Assembly (NCBI RefSeq): GCF_009914755.1
Contig: NC_060931.1
Strand: one strand, 5' to 3'
DNA from: the human T2T-CHM13v2.0 reference genome, Homo sapiens
DNA length: 64,000 bases
A program made the translations under genes and the position numbers. The notes under the pieces are model-generated. The model was not told the origin of the DNA, did not search any database, and was given only the letters and a program-made list of their open reading frames with translations. This document shows, one piece after another, positions 1 to 13,252 of the stretch; the stretch's first letter is position 1; each line of letters opens with the position of its first letter.

Positions 1-215
1 TGCCATTTTGGAAGTGTAACTTCCTGCCAGTCAATCCTTCAAATGTCTGCAGCCCCAGCAAGTACCTTACTATAGCACATGAGAGACTCTGAGCCAGACC
101 ACAGCTGAGCCGCAGCCAGATTCCTGGCTTTAAGAAACAGTGAGAGATAATCTATGTTTCTTTAAACTGCTAAAGTTCAGAGTAATTTGCTTCGCAGCAA
201 TGCATAACTAATACA
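1..215 (+). mobile_element. MaLR MLT1-family LTR, 3' part
   Basis: Typical MLT1 3' end: ...ctgctaaagttcagagtaatttgcttcgcagcaatgcataactaataca; truncated by window edge. Confidence 0.75.
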
Positions 216-640
216 GTCCTATTCTCATGTGAGGCACATAGAGAATCTGCATAAGAATTTTCCTTTGGCCTTTATAAAGGCTTAACACATAGCATTTCAG
301 AAACTCCTTCAACCAGTGGGTGAACTAAAAGCAATAGAAAGAGAATTACATCATCACACATTCATCTACTAGTAGGTCCTTTTAGTTGTTTTGTGCAACT
401 AGAAAATTTAAATATGTTAAGAACACATAAAATAGAAGAGTAAATAGTATTTATTATTATTATTGCTATTATTATTTATCAGAAAAGTAACTTGACTTTG
501 GGTTTTACAAAGACAACAGAACTTAAAATTTTTTTAAGTCAAGCTCCATGAATAACATAATTTTACCTGCAAAATTTCAAAATGACTCTTGTTTTCCTCC
601 CTGAATTGACAGCCTTTTTATAATTCATTAATTTTACAAT

Positions 641-1018
641 TGATATGGTTAGACTTTGTGTACCCATCCAGATCTCATCTTGAATTGTAATCCCCATAAA
701 TCCCATAATCCCCATGTGTCAAGGGAGAGGCCTTGTTGAGGCAATTGAATCATCAGGATGGCTTCCCCCCCTGCGTTCTCATGATAGTGAGTGAGTTCTC
801 ATGAGATCTGATTAGTGTCTGGCAGTTCTCCTGCTTGGACTCACTATCTCTCTCCTGCCACCTTGTGAAGCAGGTGCCTGCTTCTGCTTCCACCATGATT
901 TTAAGTTTTCTGAGGCCTCTTCAGCCATGCAGAACTGTGAGTCAATTAAATCTCTTTTCTTTATAAATTACCCAGTCTCACGTATTTCTTTATAGCAGCA
1001 TGAGAACAGACTAATACA
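641..1018 (+). mobile_element. THE1D-like MaLR solo LTR
   Basis: Starts tgatatggtt, ends gactaataca; perfect 5-bp TSD ACAAT at 636-640 and 1019-1023. Confidence 0.92.
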
Positions 1019-1221
1019 ACAATCTTGAGTAATCTAAAGTATCATTAAGAATTTAATCTTCCCTTAGTTTTTTTTTTTTTTTCTGAGCCCTATTTGTAGA
1101 TGTTTCCGCAAGTCTCTGGAGTATAAGACAGTCAAATCACATGTTTCTCCTTCATTAGAAAACTGGTGCTAGTTAAATATATGAGATAATATTTTATCAA
1201 TTGTTTCCTTCAATATCGAAT

Positions 1222-1395
1222 CTTTTTGTTTTTGTTTTTTTTCTTTTTTTTTAAGACAGGTTCTGGCTCTGTTACCCAGGAGTGTGGTGGCACGATCTTG
1301 GCTCACTGGAACCTCCACCTCCTGGGCTCAAGTGATCCTCCCACCTCAGCCTCTTGAGTAGCTGGGATTACAGGCGTGAGCCACCATACCCAGCC
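1222..1395 (-). mobile_element. Alu monomer (FRAM/AluJ-like right arm)
   Basis: T-rich tail, then ggctcaagtgatcctcccacctcagcctc...gtagctgggattacaggcgtgagccacc; single arm only. Confidence 0.85.
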
Positions 1396-2729
1396 CTAAC
1401 AGTGAATCTTCACCTTGAAAACTCAATGACAAATCTCCAAAGAGGAAATACGTTCTTTAATAATCTTCATCTCAGAAATGTACACAATCCAATGTCTTGG
1501 AAATTGATACAAAGAACATGAATTTCTGTTCTTACTGTATTTGGTTCAAAATTAGAGTTGTTTTTTATAATTATTATCTCCTCTTTTTCATTTCTTTCTG
1601 TAGTTTTATTCTCTGTATATGTCTAGTATTCTTGCATTGCAATTAGAATCATGTTTTATTTATTGTCTTAGATGAATAAAATGAATTTAATGCTAAATTT
1701 GGAATAGGACACACATTTTCAGAAATAGTGTAGCACTAAATTTAAAGTTAAATCTAGGACTTATTTATTTTCTTCATGTAAATAGCAAAATAGTTGCCAC
1801 AGGTCAAGAAGAAATCAAATGACAAATTGATTTTGATTAACTATCAAGAAAATAGAGAATATGATATGACTTTGACTTTCTGATACAAGACCTAACTCAT
1901 GAGCCTGAGCGTAGTGTGGTCTGGGACCTCTGCTGCATACTTTTTGGTGGCAATTATATATTTGCTTCTCTCTCTCTCATTGACACACTCTCCTGTCACC
2001 TTGCTCTCCTATCAACATGTCATTTTTTAGAAGGGGCAGCAGGAGATAGGAAGGACATAGATCTCAACCTGAGATCTATGGTGTCTAAATATTAACAGTT
2101 ATTGTCTATTGGACATCAACAATTGTATTGGACCACCTTCAAGATTTTGCCATACCTGTATTTCTTCTCTGTTACTATTTACTTAATATTTTTCTCCAAA
2201 TTCATTCACTTTAATAGTTACATTTCTGAAAACACATTAAAATTAAAACATAACTAATGAAAGGAAAATTACTTTGCATTTCACCTAAAATCAAGTAAAT
2301 GCTCCTAGTGGTATAGGTCTCACAGCATGGGAAATACTGCTCTATACTATCCTATTTATCAATGAATAGGAATACTACATGATGTTTCTCTTACCCATTG
2401 AGCAGTTAAAATATTTTTTAGCACTTCCTCATTTGCACCTTTTCTTACCACCAGAGATCACAAATTTCCTGCAAGTGCAGATTAAGATAACAACCATAAT
2501 AGCCATCATTTTTAAGTCCTGAAAGCATGAAGCAGGAATCGTGTTCCTAGTATGTACTGAATTAAATATTTGGTTCTCACCTGCAAATTTTATATGGATC
2601 CTCAACCTACTTCACTTGCCTTATCTCCCTTATATGTGTTTCCTTATCAATATTTCACTCCTTTCCCTTTTTTTTTTGCATCACTCATTTTTTCATACCC
2701 TTACTTTTGCTACTTTCTCTGTTTAGAAT

Positions 2730-2985
2730 AAACTTTCCCTTTCTCCACTGGATAATGCCGTGCTCATGTTTCAGATGAGTGAAGGCATCTACAACTCTCC
2801 CTGGCAGATTTAGCCATGTGCTCTCCTGTGTCTCTCGCATATTCATATTTCATAGTTCATATTTTTATTATATCCCTTACCACCTTCATAATGGAGTCTC
2901 TTCTCATAGCCTGAGTTCCTTGAGGGCAGGGATCTCCAGTGTCTAGTAACATTTCTAGCACACTATAAGTGCTTAATGCAATTTT
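2730..2985 (+). mobile_element. L2 LINE 3' end fragment
   Basis: gttccttgagggcaggga...ctagcacactataagtgcttaat resembles the L2 terminus. Confidence 0.6.
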
Positions 2986-3169
2986 AATACAATTTGAGTT
3001 GGTTTAAAGTGAATTCAATTGAAATTAAGTAAAATCTAATTGAAAATTCAGAGCAGACATCTTCCAGTTGTTGCGTATTACATGTTCTCAAGAACACTAA
3101 AATGAAGTTTAAAGAGAAACCAGAGTCCGGTAAAATAATTAATTTTACTGCTATAATAGCAACAGAGAC

Positions 3170-3581
3170 AATGTTTTTCTCTTACCAAAGCCCTGAGTAC
3201 ACAGTTAGACTGCATTTCTCAGTGTCCTTGAAGCCAGGTAAAGCCATGGGACGAAGTTCTGGTCAGTAAAATCTGAGCAAAATTGGTGATCAGCATAAGT
3301 ATCTAAAAATACTTCTATGGGATCCTCCATGCTTGCAGTTTCTTTTCTCTTGAATTCTGTCAAGGTGTGGAGGATCCGACGGAGTATTAAAAGGTCCTAG
3401 GGTAAAAGAACCTTGGGTTCTTCGATAAATAGGTGAGCAGAGCTTCTTGACCCACCAACATTTGACCCTTGATCTGAACAAAAATAAATGTCTTATGTGA
3501 TTTCAGTCACTGAGATTTTTAGTTTTATTGTTTGTAAGTGTATGTCTGTTTGCTAGAGAAAAGTTATTCTACCTTAATACA
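3170..3581 (+). mobile_element. Old MaLR LTR (MLT1J/I-like)
   Basis: agactgcatttctcag...agttctggtcag; aaataaa...gtcactgagatttt; ends ttaataca. Confidence 0.6.
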
Positions 3582-4811
3582 CATTGGAAGTTATTTTCTT
3601 AAACCTTAGGTTTTAATTGTTCTGCTTCATCTTTCCAGTGTATATGTCATGAGCAGTGATGGAGGAACAGTTTTTAAGGGTAGTAGGAAAGAAAGTAATT
3701 AAATACTTCTTTTAGGTATATATGTCTTTAACATAATGCAATGCTTATAAGATACTCGAAATATTAGGAAGTAGATATCCAATGTTTTATCACTGTTATT
3801 CCAAATTTTATTATTAAACATCTTTTCTTGAAAATTCTAATCATTCACTTGGAATTATCTGTATAGAAGATGTATTGCCACTGTACATATCTGAGACCTG
3901 CTTCCAACATATTAAATTTAATTTGAAATTTAAATGCATATTAGAACCTAAATTCTACTTTCTAGTTAAATCTAAGAGTCTATGGCCTTAGGAATACATT
4001 AGTATATAATTAAGTTGTAAAACCTCAGTCTAAAATTCTTTTAATGTATACTTTGAACCAAGATATTCAAGTAAATGTTTGTGAATTATATTATCAATTA
4101 GTTTTAGAAGGCCTGATCTAGTAGTTCTTTAAACATTTATATTAATTGCAATTCACTCTAATAATTTTACCGTGAATAGCAAAAGGCTCATCTTCAGAAT
4201 TAAATAATTCAGAAATTAATCTGGTCTCAGCTTTTTTTCACCACACTTTCTTTGTTTTCTTAGTTTATCTCCAGTAACATCAATCATTCTGCTGGACTTG
4301 ACAGAGGATGTCATGAGGGTCAGCATATAGCTAAGTACCTGCCTCAAAAGCAAATGTCGAACATTCATATGCTCGCAGGTTTCCTTCCACAACCCCTAAA
4401 AAGGGAAGCTATCTTGATAATTCAAATAAGAACCATTCCTGCCTGATGCTTCTTCCTCTTGCAAGAATTAGCTCCAGAGAATCTTCTAGCAAAAGATCTG
4501 AAGGGGAATGCTGAATATACATCTTTGAATTGGTTTTAGAAACTACAAAGTTCTGGTACTTTAGTCTCTGTCACTCTTCTGTCATGTTGGCCTCGGGGGC
4601 ATTTAAATAAAGCAAGCCTAGGATATTCCAAAATTTAGAATGGACAGTAATAGGTTTCTCTCAAGTAGCTAAGAAGTTGCAGTGGGCAGCAATGAAACAG
4701 GGTCACACACTTCAGAAGAAATCACCAGTTTCATTTCATTAACTAAGAGAAAATGTTAAGTTATAAAAGCATTAAGGTATTATAGTTCTGCTTTAACTAA
4801 ACTTGGGACTA

Positions 4812-5942
4812 ATTTTTTAAATGAATAGACTTTATTTTTTAGAGCAGTTTTAGATTTACAGAAAAATTTAGCAGAAACTGCAGTTTCCATATACCACAAC
4901 CCCTTAAAACACAAGTACATACACAGTTTTCTCCATCATTAACCTCTTGCATTAGTGTGATATATTTATCAACAATTGAGGATCCAATATTTATCCATTT
5001 GTAAAAACTTAAGCCCATAGTTTATATAATGGTTCACTTTTTTGTGTTGTAAATTCTATAGGTTTAAGAAATACATAATGATAAATATTCTCCATTGCAA
5101 TACCATACAGAATAGTTACACTACTCTAAAAATTCTATGTTCCACTTATTCATCCCTGTATCTTCTCCTCCAAGCCTTAAGCAACTACTGATCTTTTTAC
5201 TATCTTCATAATTTTGCCTTTTCTAAAATCTCGTATAGTTGGAGTCATACAGTAAATACCTTTTTCAGATTGACCTTTCTCATGTGTCAATGTGCATTTA
5301 AGTTTCCTCCATATCTTTTTGTCTCTTGATAGCTTATTTCCTTTTATTGCCAAATAATATTCCATTGTCTGGATATACCATAGTTTATTTATTCACCTAC
5401 TGAGGAACATTTTGCTTGCTTTCAAGTTTTTGCAGTTATGAATAAAGCTGCTATAAACATCTGTGCTCAGGCCTTGGTGTGGGCATGCTTTCCATTCCTT
5501 TAGGTAAATACCACAGAATGTGATTGCTGGATCATATGTTAAGTGCATGTTTAGTTTTGTAAGAAACTGCCAAACTGTCTTCCCACATGGCAGTAGCATT
5601 TTTCATTCCCACGAGCAAAGAATGACAGTTCCTGTTGTTCCACATCCTTGTCAGCATTTGGCTTTGTCAGTGTTCTGGATTTGGGCCATTCTAGTAGGTG
5701 TATAGCAGTACTTCATTGTTTTAATTTGCACTTCCTGATGACATATTATGTTAACCATGGGTTTCCATATGTTTATATGCCATCTATATATCCTATGTGA
5801 TGAGATATATTTTGATCTTTTGGTTATATTTTTATTGGGTGGTTTATTTTCTTATTGAGTTTTAACTGTTCTTTGTGTACTTTGGATGCCAGTTCTTCAT
5901 CAGATTGGCATTTTGCAAAGATTTTCTCTTAGTGTTTGGCTT
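4812..5942 (-). mobile_element. L1MC-like LINE-1 3' fragment
   Basis: aatagactttattttttagagcagttttagatttacagaaaa 3' terminus; minus ORFs 5177-5365 and 5393-5599 resemble the ORF2 C-terminus (YDPAI, MEYYLAIK). Confidence 0.85.
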
Positions 5943-6895
5943 AAAGGACTAATTTTCAAACAGTTTTTAAACTTTTTATTCTGTAATTTTTTAAAAAATA
6001 TAAAATATATATTTTAAGAGAATATTTTTAAGTATTGAGCTTATAAAATTAAAGATAATGACTCATCAAATTTATCTGATAAATTAGTTAATTATTTAAA
6101 ACACAGGGCCTGGCATATAGCAAGTTTTACATAAAAGTCAAGTACTTTTTTATTGATTCCATGCAACTATTGTAATGTTTATATTGTGTCAAAATCCTTT
6201 TCATAATATAATTTTCATTATAATTAACACAAATAATAAAATTTGATAAACTCCTGTGACATAAAATATGTTTGTTTTGATGAGATTATTCTGAAAAAGC
6301 ACCAAGAAAATGTCTGTCTATGACATTTTTGTTCAAACTTTACAAAGAAGCTCATCTTGTAATGCTAATATACCAAACATAATGTTTCACTTCAATTTAA
6401 TTGGTAGTTAAGTCTTCTGCAGTTTCATAAAGATTGAGCAGTGATCATACTGTATCGGCAAGACACAGTGTTTATAAACATCAAATCAATATATGGCTTA
6501 GAAAAAGCCAATTTCACATTTTTCATCCATAAATTGTCCACGAAGGATTCTATTTACCTTTTTATAAAAGCACTTTTACTTTAGAAAAAAAACTCAATTA
6601 TTTGTCATCTAAATGTTTATCTTATAGTTCCCAATGACCTCAATTTCTTTCCAACTGTTCCTATTAACACAGATGTTGAATAGAAAACATCAAGAAATAA
6701 AATTCTTTTCACTGGAGAAAATTATAGTAGCACAGTTTAGGAAAAAGATCAGTTTCTTCCAAATACTATCAGTACTCCCTCTGCAGAAAACCTGACATCT
6801 CCTCTTTGCTTGAAATACTGCAATAATAGATTTCCCTAATTTACAATGTATTCCTTTCCAACTTTAAATACATCCAATTCTTTAATAGTCTTTCT

Positions 6896-7200
<305 letters not shown>

Positions 7201-7274
7201 TATTTAATAGTCTTTCTACATATTTTGAGACAATTATTCTTTCCTCTCATTTTCTCTGGTTTATAGAGTCAACA

Positions 7275-7612
7275 TAATTGATCAAGCCATTTAACACATT
7301 ATATGCCAGGCACTGTTGTAGGGGCTGAAAATATTACAGTGAGTACAAAAGAAAAAAAATCCCATAATAGAGCTTCTAAGAGATGTTCAAAAACATTTTT
7401 TAATATGTAAAAATATGTTACATTGTTATAAGTACAGACATGAATAACAGGCATGGTAAAAATGATAAGAAATGGGAGGTGGGGAAGAGGAGATGCAATT
7501 TTAAACAGGTAGGTCAAGAATTCCTCAGATAGGGTTCACCTTTGAATAAAGATCTGAAGGTTGTTGTGAACTATTTGGATGAGAAAAGAGCTACCGCGAA
7601 GGATCAAAACCA
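7275..7612 (-). mobile_element. L2 fragment (resumes at about 10210-10300 after the LTR nest)
   Basis: tatgccaggcactgttgtaggggctgaaaatattacagtga; ctttgaataaagatctgaagg. Confidence 0.65.
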
Positions 7613-7984
7613 GAGCTGTAACTGCCCAGTGGGCTGTCTTTGCTGCCTAATCAGAGCCGATTTATTAAGACAGGGGAATTGCAATACAGAGTTTAATTCA
7701 CACAGAGCCCGCTGTACGGGAGACTAGAGTTTTATTATTACTCAAATCAGTCTCCCTGGTAATTTGGTGGGTAGGGGGTTTGAAAGTGGGGAGTGCCAAT
7801 TGGTCTGGTGGGAGATGAAATCATAAGGAGTTGAAGCTGTCCTCTTGTGCTAAGTAGGTTCCTAGGTGGGGGCCACAGGACCAGCTGAGCCAGTTTATTC
7901 ATCTGAGCGGTGCTAGCTGATTCGTCACGTGCAAGGTCTGCAAAATATCTCAAGCACTGATCTTAAGTTTTATAATAGTGGTGT

Positions 7985-9884
7985 TGTGTCTAGAATTGGT
8001 GGGTTCTTGGTCTCACTGACTTCAAGAAGGAAGCCGCGGACCCTCGCAGTGAGTGTTACAGCTCCTAAGGTGGCGTCTGGAGTTTGTTCCTTCTGATGTT
8101 CAGATGTGTTCGTTGTTTTTTCCTTCTGATGGGTTCGTGGTCTCGCTGGCTCAGGAGTGAAGCTGCAGACCTTCGCGGTGAGTGTTACAGCTCTTAAGGT
8201 GGCACGTCTGGAGTTTGTTTCTTCTGATGTTCGGATGTGTTCAGAGTTTCTTCCTTCTGGTGGGTTCGTGGTCTCGCTGGCTCAGGAGTGAAGCTGCAGA
8301 CCTTCGGGGTGAGTGTTACAGCTCTTAAGGCAGAGCGTCTGGAGTTGTTCGTTCTTCCCGGTTGGCTCGTGGTCTCGTTGGGCTCACGAGTGAAGCTGCA
8401 GATCTTCGCAGGGAGTGTTACAGCTCATAAAAGCAACGTGGACCCAAAGAGTGAGCAGTAGCAAGATTTATTGCAAAGAACAAAGCTTCCACAGTGTGAA
8501 AGGGGACCCGAGCAGGTTGCCACTGCTGGCTCCAGCAGCCTGCTTTTATTCTCTTATCTGGCCCCACCCACATCCTGCTGATTGGTAGAGCCGAGTGGCC
8601 TGTGGCAGCCTGCTTTTATTCTCTTATCTGGCCCCACCCACATCCTGCTGATTGCTAGAGCCAAGTGGCCTGTTTTGACAGGGCGCTGATTGGTGCGTTT
8701 ACAATCCCTGAGCTAGATACAAAGGTTCTCCACATCCCCATCAGATTAGTTAGATACAGTTTCAACACACAGGTTCTCCAAGGCCCCACCAGAGCAGCTA
8801 GATACAGAGTGTCGATTGGTGCATTCACAAACCTTGAGCTAAACACAGGGCGCTGATTGGTGTGTTTACAAACCTTGAGCTAGATACAGAGTGCCGATTG
8901 GTGTATTTACAATCCCTGAGCTAGACATAAAGGTTCTCCAAGGCCCCACCAGAGCAGCTAGATACAGAGTGTCGATTGGTGCACTCACAAACCTTGAGCT
9001 AAACACAGGGTGCTGATTGGTGTGTTTACAAACCTTGAGCTAGGTATAGAGTGCCGATTGGTGTATTTACAATCCCTGAGCTAGACATAAACGTTCTCCA
9101 AGGCCCCACCAGAGCTGCTAGATACAGAGTGTCGATTGGTGCACTCACAAACCCTGAGCTAGACACAGGGTGCTGATTGGTGTGTTTACAATCCCTGAGC
9201 TACATATAAAGACTCTCCACCTCCCCACCAGACTCAGCCCAGCTGGCTTCACCCAGTGGATCCTGCACTGGGGCTGCAGGTGGAGCTGCCTGCCAGTCCC
9301 GCGCCATGCGCTTGCACTCCTCGGCCCTTGGGCGGTTGATGGGACTGGGCGCCATGGAGCAGGGGGCGGCATTCATTGGGGAGGCTCGGGCTGCACAGGA
9401 ACCCACAGAGGCGGGGGAAGGTTCAGGCATGGTGGGCTGCAGTCCTGAGGCCTGCCCCACAGGAAGGCAGCTAAGGCCCGGTGAGAAATCGAGTGCAGAG
9501 CCGGTGGGCCGGCACTGCTGGAGGACCCAGTACACCCTCCCCAGCCGCTGGCCCGGGTGCTAAGCCCCTCACTGCCCAGGGCCGGCAGGGCCGGCCGGCA
9601 GCTCTGAGTGCGGGGCCCGCCAAGCCCAAGCCCAGGCCCACCCAGAACTCCAGCTGGCCCGCAAGCGCTGCGCGCAGCCCCGGTTCCTGCTCGCGCCTCT
9701 CCCTCCACACCTCCCTGCAAGCTGAGGGAGCCGGCTCTGGCCTTGGCCAGCCCAGAAAGGGGCTCCCACAGTGCAGTGGCGAGCCGAAGGACTCCTCAAG
9801 TGCCGCCAAAGTGGGAACCCAGGCAGAGGAGGCACCGAGAGCAAGCGAGGGCTCTGACGGCTGCCAGCACGCTGTCACCTCTCA
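7985..9884 (-). mobile_element. LTR12C (ERV9) solo LTR, 1.9 kb
   Basis: Minus strand starts tgagaggtgacagcgtgctggcag and ends ccaccaattctagacaca; perfect TSD GTGT at 7981-7984 and 9885-9888; CpG-rich U3; tandem U3 and U5 repeats. Confidence 0.95.
8535..9215 (-). promoter_or_regulatory. LTR12C enhancer/promoter: CCAAT (NF-Y) array, GATA site and AATAAA TATA-like box
   Basis: 10 ATTGG motifs counted between 8581 and 9180; 160-bp unit at 8771, 8931 and 9091; minus-strand ggccagataagagaataaaagc core present twice. Confidence 0.75.
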
Positions 9885-10341
9885 GTGTTATCCCCAGGAG
9901 CAATTTGGGGAGGTTCAGAATCTTGCAGCCTCCAGCTGCCTGGCTCCTAAACCATGATTTCTAATCTTGTGGCTAATTCGTTAGTCCTGCAAAGTCCAGG
10001 CAGGAAGGGGGTTTGTTTTAGGAAAGGGCTCTTAGTTTAGTTTCAAAGTTAAACTATCAACTAAGTTCCTCTCAAAGTGAATTCCGCCTATACCCAGGAA
10101 TGAACAAGGACAGCTTGGAGGTTAGAAGGAAGATGGAGTCGTTTAGGTCAGAACTCTTTCACTGTAATAATTTTCCCAGTTATACTTTTTCCAAAGGCAG
10201 TTTCAGAACAAGCTTGATATGCTTGAGGAATTGAATGAAGTCAGGTTTAGCTGGAGTATGGAAGTGAGGGGAAAGTCAGAACAGGATGAGATGACTTAGG
10301 CAATGCACATCAACTTATGTCAGGCGCCAGAGAAAATAAGG

Positions 10342-10479
10342 TGTATTCATTTCCTATTGATGCTGTAACAAATTATCACCAACTTAGTGGTTTAAACGAT
10401 TTTAATATTTTATAGTTCTGGAGATCAGAAATCTAAAAATGTATCTACTAAGGCTAAAATCAAGATATTAATAGGGCTG
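10342..10479 (-). mobile_element. MLT1 LTR fragment
   Basis: tgtattcatttcctattgatgctgtaacaaattatcaccaacttagtgg. Confidence 0.75.
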
Positions 10480-11221
10480 AAGAAGGAAAAAACAAAAATA
10501 TTTGCTGATGCTTTTCCTAAAACAAATTTCTTGGTATTTTATAATATTTCTCACCCTCAGGTCTTATACAGGAATTGCTTTGATTTGTATCATTAGTTTG
10601 ATAATTTTAAATTGATCACCATGGTAGAATTCAGGATAAAACACTAATCACAATTTTCTCTGTAAAGGAATATTTCATTAAAATAAACTGAAATTTTCTT
10701 GGCAAATATGTGATATAAAAGATAAGCCTGACTAGAAGAAATTAAACCTGAGAGACAGTGATTTTTTTTTTTGGAAAGGCTAGTTTTTCAAACTTACTTT
10801 TCCCTCTATATTGTGGAATATATAACCTATCCTACTCTGAAATATATGATTTATAGAATTGTTATGAAAGATAAGTGAAAACTAATAAAATGATGATAAA
10901 AGTTATTTTCTTATCTGTGAGATGGGAACAGTTAGATTCTTTTAGGTGTGTTTTGTAGATTTGGTTACACCCAATTAATTCATCTAAATAAAGATAGATT
11001 GGCATTTGAATATTAAACATTGCTAAAAAAAAAAAAAGGAACAGCAGGCAATCTAGTTAGCTAACCTGTGGCTGAGGAATAGGCAAAAAAGTTTTGGTGG
11101 TCTTGTTTGTTAAAATGAAATCTTTTTGCAACCCTTGTTTTTCACTTCTGTTACATTTTGTTGTCCCCTATACTACTTCATTGTATGTGTTCTCTCCCTC
11201 CTTTAATATAGGGTTTTTTTA

Positions 11222-11443
11222 TATAGCTTCTTTTTTTCTGTAAAGGAGAAAAAAGTAAATATTTTAAGCATTGCAAACCATATGATCTCTGTTGCAACTA
11301 CTTAACCCTGCTTTGTAGCAGGAAACAGCCTTAGATGATATATAAACAAATGGGTATGACTGCGCTCCAACACAGCTTTATTTACAAAATCAGGGAGGGG
11401 GATGTGCCATTTGATTCATATGTCACAGTTTGCTGTCTCTTTC
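11222..11443. mobile_element. MER58A hAT-Charlie MITE
   Basis: ttctgtaaagg...gtaaatattttaagc...tctctgttgcaactactt...ctttatttacaaaa. Confidence 0.75.
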
Positions 11444-11539
11444 CTTAGAATATCACTTTTAGCTCCAGTACTTATCTTACTAATATATTTTTTACGATGG
11501 AACATTAGTCATGTAATTAGAGAAACTTCAGGTTAATCT

Positions 11540-11722
11540 CAGGGTTCAATAATTTTCTAAAAGTATGACTTTACCGAACCTTCAATGAGCTTCTATATAT
11601 ATTATGTAAATCTCCCAAAAGTGAACATGGTATGCAGGATTTCCAAATGTATTGGGGTATGAAAATATTCTTAAGAGCATCCAAAGAGTATTATATCACA
11701 GAAAACATTTTGGAAAATTTAG
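11540..11722. mobile_element. MER103-like hAT fragment
   Basis: Resembles 15412-15690; gtaaatctcc...ggtatgcaggatttccaaa...acattttggaaaa. Confidence 0.45.
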
Positions 11723-12019
11723 AAATACCAAGGAAATGTCCATGTTGTATAATTTACAAAAAATTCAGGCATTGGCTATAAAAAGATTACAAATATTGTA
11801 GACCAATTTTGGAAAACAGTATTCATAGAAGGTGGAGCCCACTTGATGAGACTGAAGGGTATAGTGAAAAAAACTAAAAACTAAATAAAGAAGATGCTAT
11901 GAGAAAGAAAAACAGGGAAGTATAAGTGTAGACTGGGGAAATAAGAAGGCCTTTTGATAGAGAATGAAACAGATACATTAAGAATCCAGGAGGGATGTGT
12001 GTACTTTTTGTGGGATAGA

Positions 12020-12470
12020 GTTGTAAAATACTGGAATTATATGCCAAGGGTAGTTGTGAAAAGACTTATGCCATACTAAGAAGTTTGGGCATTATCTTGA
12101 ATGAAAATAAGAACCAGAAAATGTTTTTTTGATCAGAAAAGCAACATCTCCAGTTCTTTGTTTTAAAAAGACATCTTGGACATCAATTTAAAGAATGTGC
12201 TAGAAGGTGTCCAGAATAAATACTGAGATGCCAATTAAAAGAGTCCAGTTATCTAGCCAAGGGCATCGAGGCCTTTATCTACCAAAGTACTGGCAGTGGA
12301 ACTTAGAGGAGGTGAAAGGTCAAAGAGATATGAAATATGTGGAATGAGGTGAATCTGGCAACTACTTGACTATGAGGGAATGAAGAGAGAGGAAATGAAA
12401 TTTAAGATAACTCTGAGTTTTCTCATACAAACTCCTGAATGACCAATGATGCCATTAACAAACATTAATA
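12020..12470 (-). mobile_element. L2 fragment
   Basis: gccatactaagaagtttgggcattatc...aagataactctgagtttt degenerate L2 motifs. Confidence 0.55.
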
Positions 12471-13057
12471 ATAAAACTAATACAAATAATATAGGAAGTA
12501 CAGGTTTGAAGGTAATACATTGTAAATCCTAAAAAATGTTGGAATGTATTTGGAATATAAACTACTAGTTATTTTCCCTTTTCATTTTGTAAAGTTTGTG
12601 GAAAATTACTATTTAGAATGTTGGAAATGTTCTGTTTTGTAGAATAGGAATTGTTGAATTAAGATGAGCCTAATGAAAATATTTATCAACAGACACATAT
12701 ATAAAATAAAGTGTGGCAGATCAAAGTCTGCTTTGTTAAAGATATTTCTGATAATTTTTCATGATCAAGTATTATTCTTAAATCTAAGAATTTAGGGCTT
12801 GGAAGAAAGCCCACTGTACTCTCACTGGATCCAATGTGAATCAAGTATAGCCTTCCCACCTACCCCATACTTGGTCCAAAACATTAGATGCATCCAGCAT
12901 TTATTTCATAGAAACCATGATAAAACATTATTACTTGTTAAACCCTCATATGCGGAGAGACAGCAAAAAGTTCACACAGACTGTAATATAAATTTTGAAA
13001 ATCAACTATGTCTTTTTAATTTTTACCCTCAAAATGCCCTTTCTTATTACCCTGTAT

Positions 13058-13252
13058 CAGTGGTTTATGCCTTTGTATGTATTAAAACCACACATGAGGC
13101 ATTTGGTAAAACATGTAATTCTTGGTTCTACTTTCTGATTCTATAAATTTTATAGGAATCCTAGGATACTGTATTTTTATTAAGTGCCTCAAAGATTTCT
13201 GAGGTATATGTTCCCTGTACAAGGGAGCAACATCCGTATATAAAGAACCATG
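13058..13252. mobile_element. MER5-like hAT MITE
   Basis: cagtggttt...ttctgattc...ctgtatttttattaagtgcctc...aagaaccatg. Confidence 0.55.

Larger units (their letters stand above)
7617..10205 (-). mobile_element. LTR8-family (LTR8A/8B-like) ERV1 solo LTR split by LTR12C
   Basis: Minus strand starts tgaaactgcctttgg...gactccatctt and ends gggcagttaca; halves 7617-7984 and 9885-10205; 4-bp TSD gagc/gaac. Confidence 0.85.

Noticed and set aside
8685-9215. Regularly spaced repeats superficially like a CRISPR array
   Set aside because: No unique spacers; these are ERV9 U3 tandem repeats in primate DNA
9145-9964. Cluster of overlapping 75-158 aa ORFs and CpG-island-like composition
   Set aside because: Almost entirely within the GC-rich LTR12C U3; stop-poor by composition and not a gene
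12799-13146. 115-aa ORF
   Set aside because: Non-ATG start, runs into a MER5-like element, no recognisable domain or splice context
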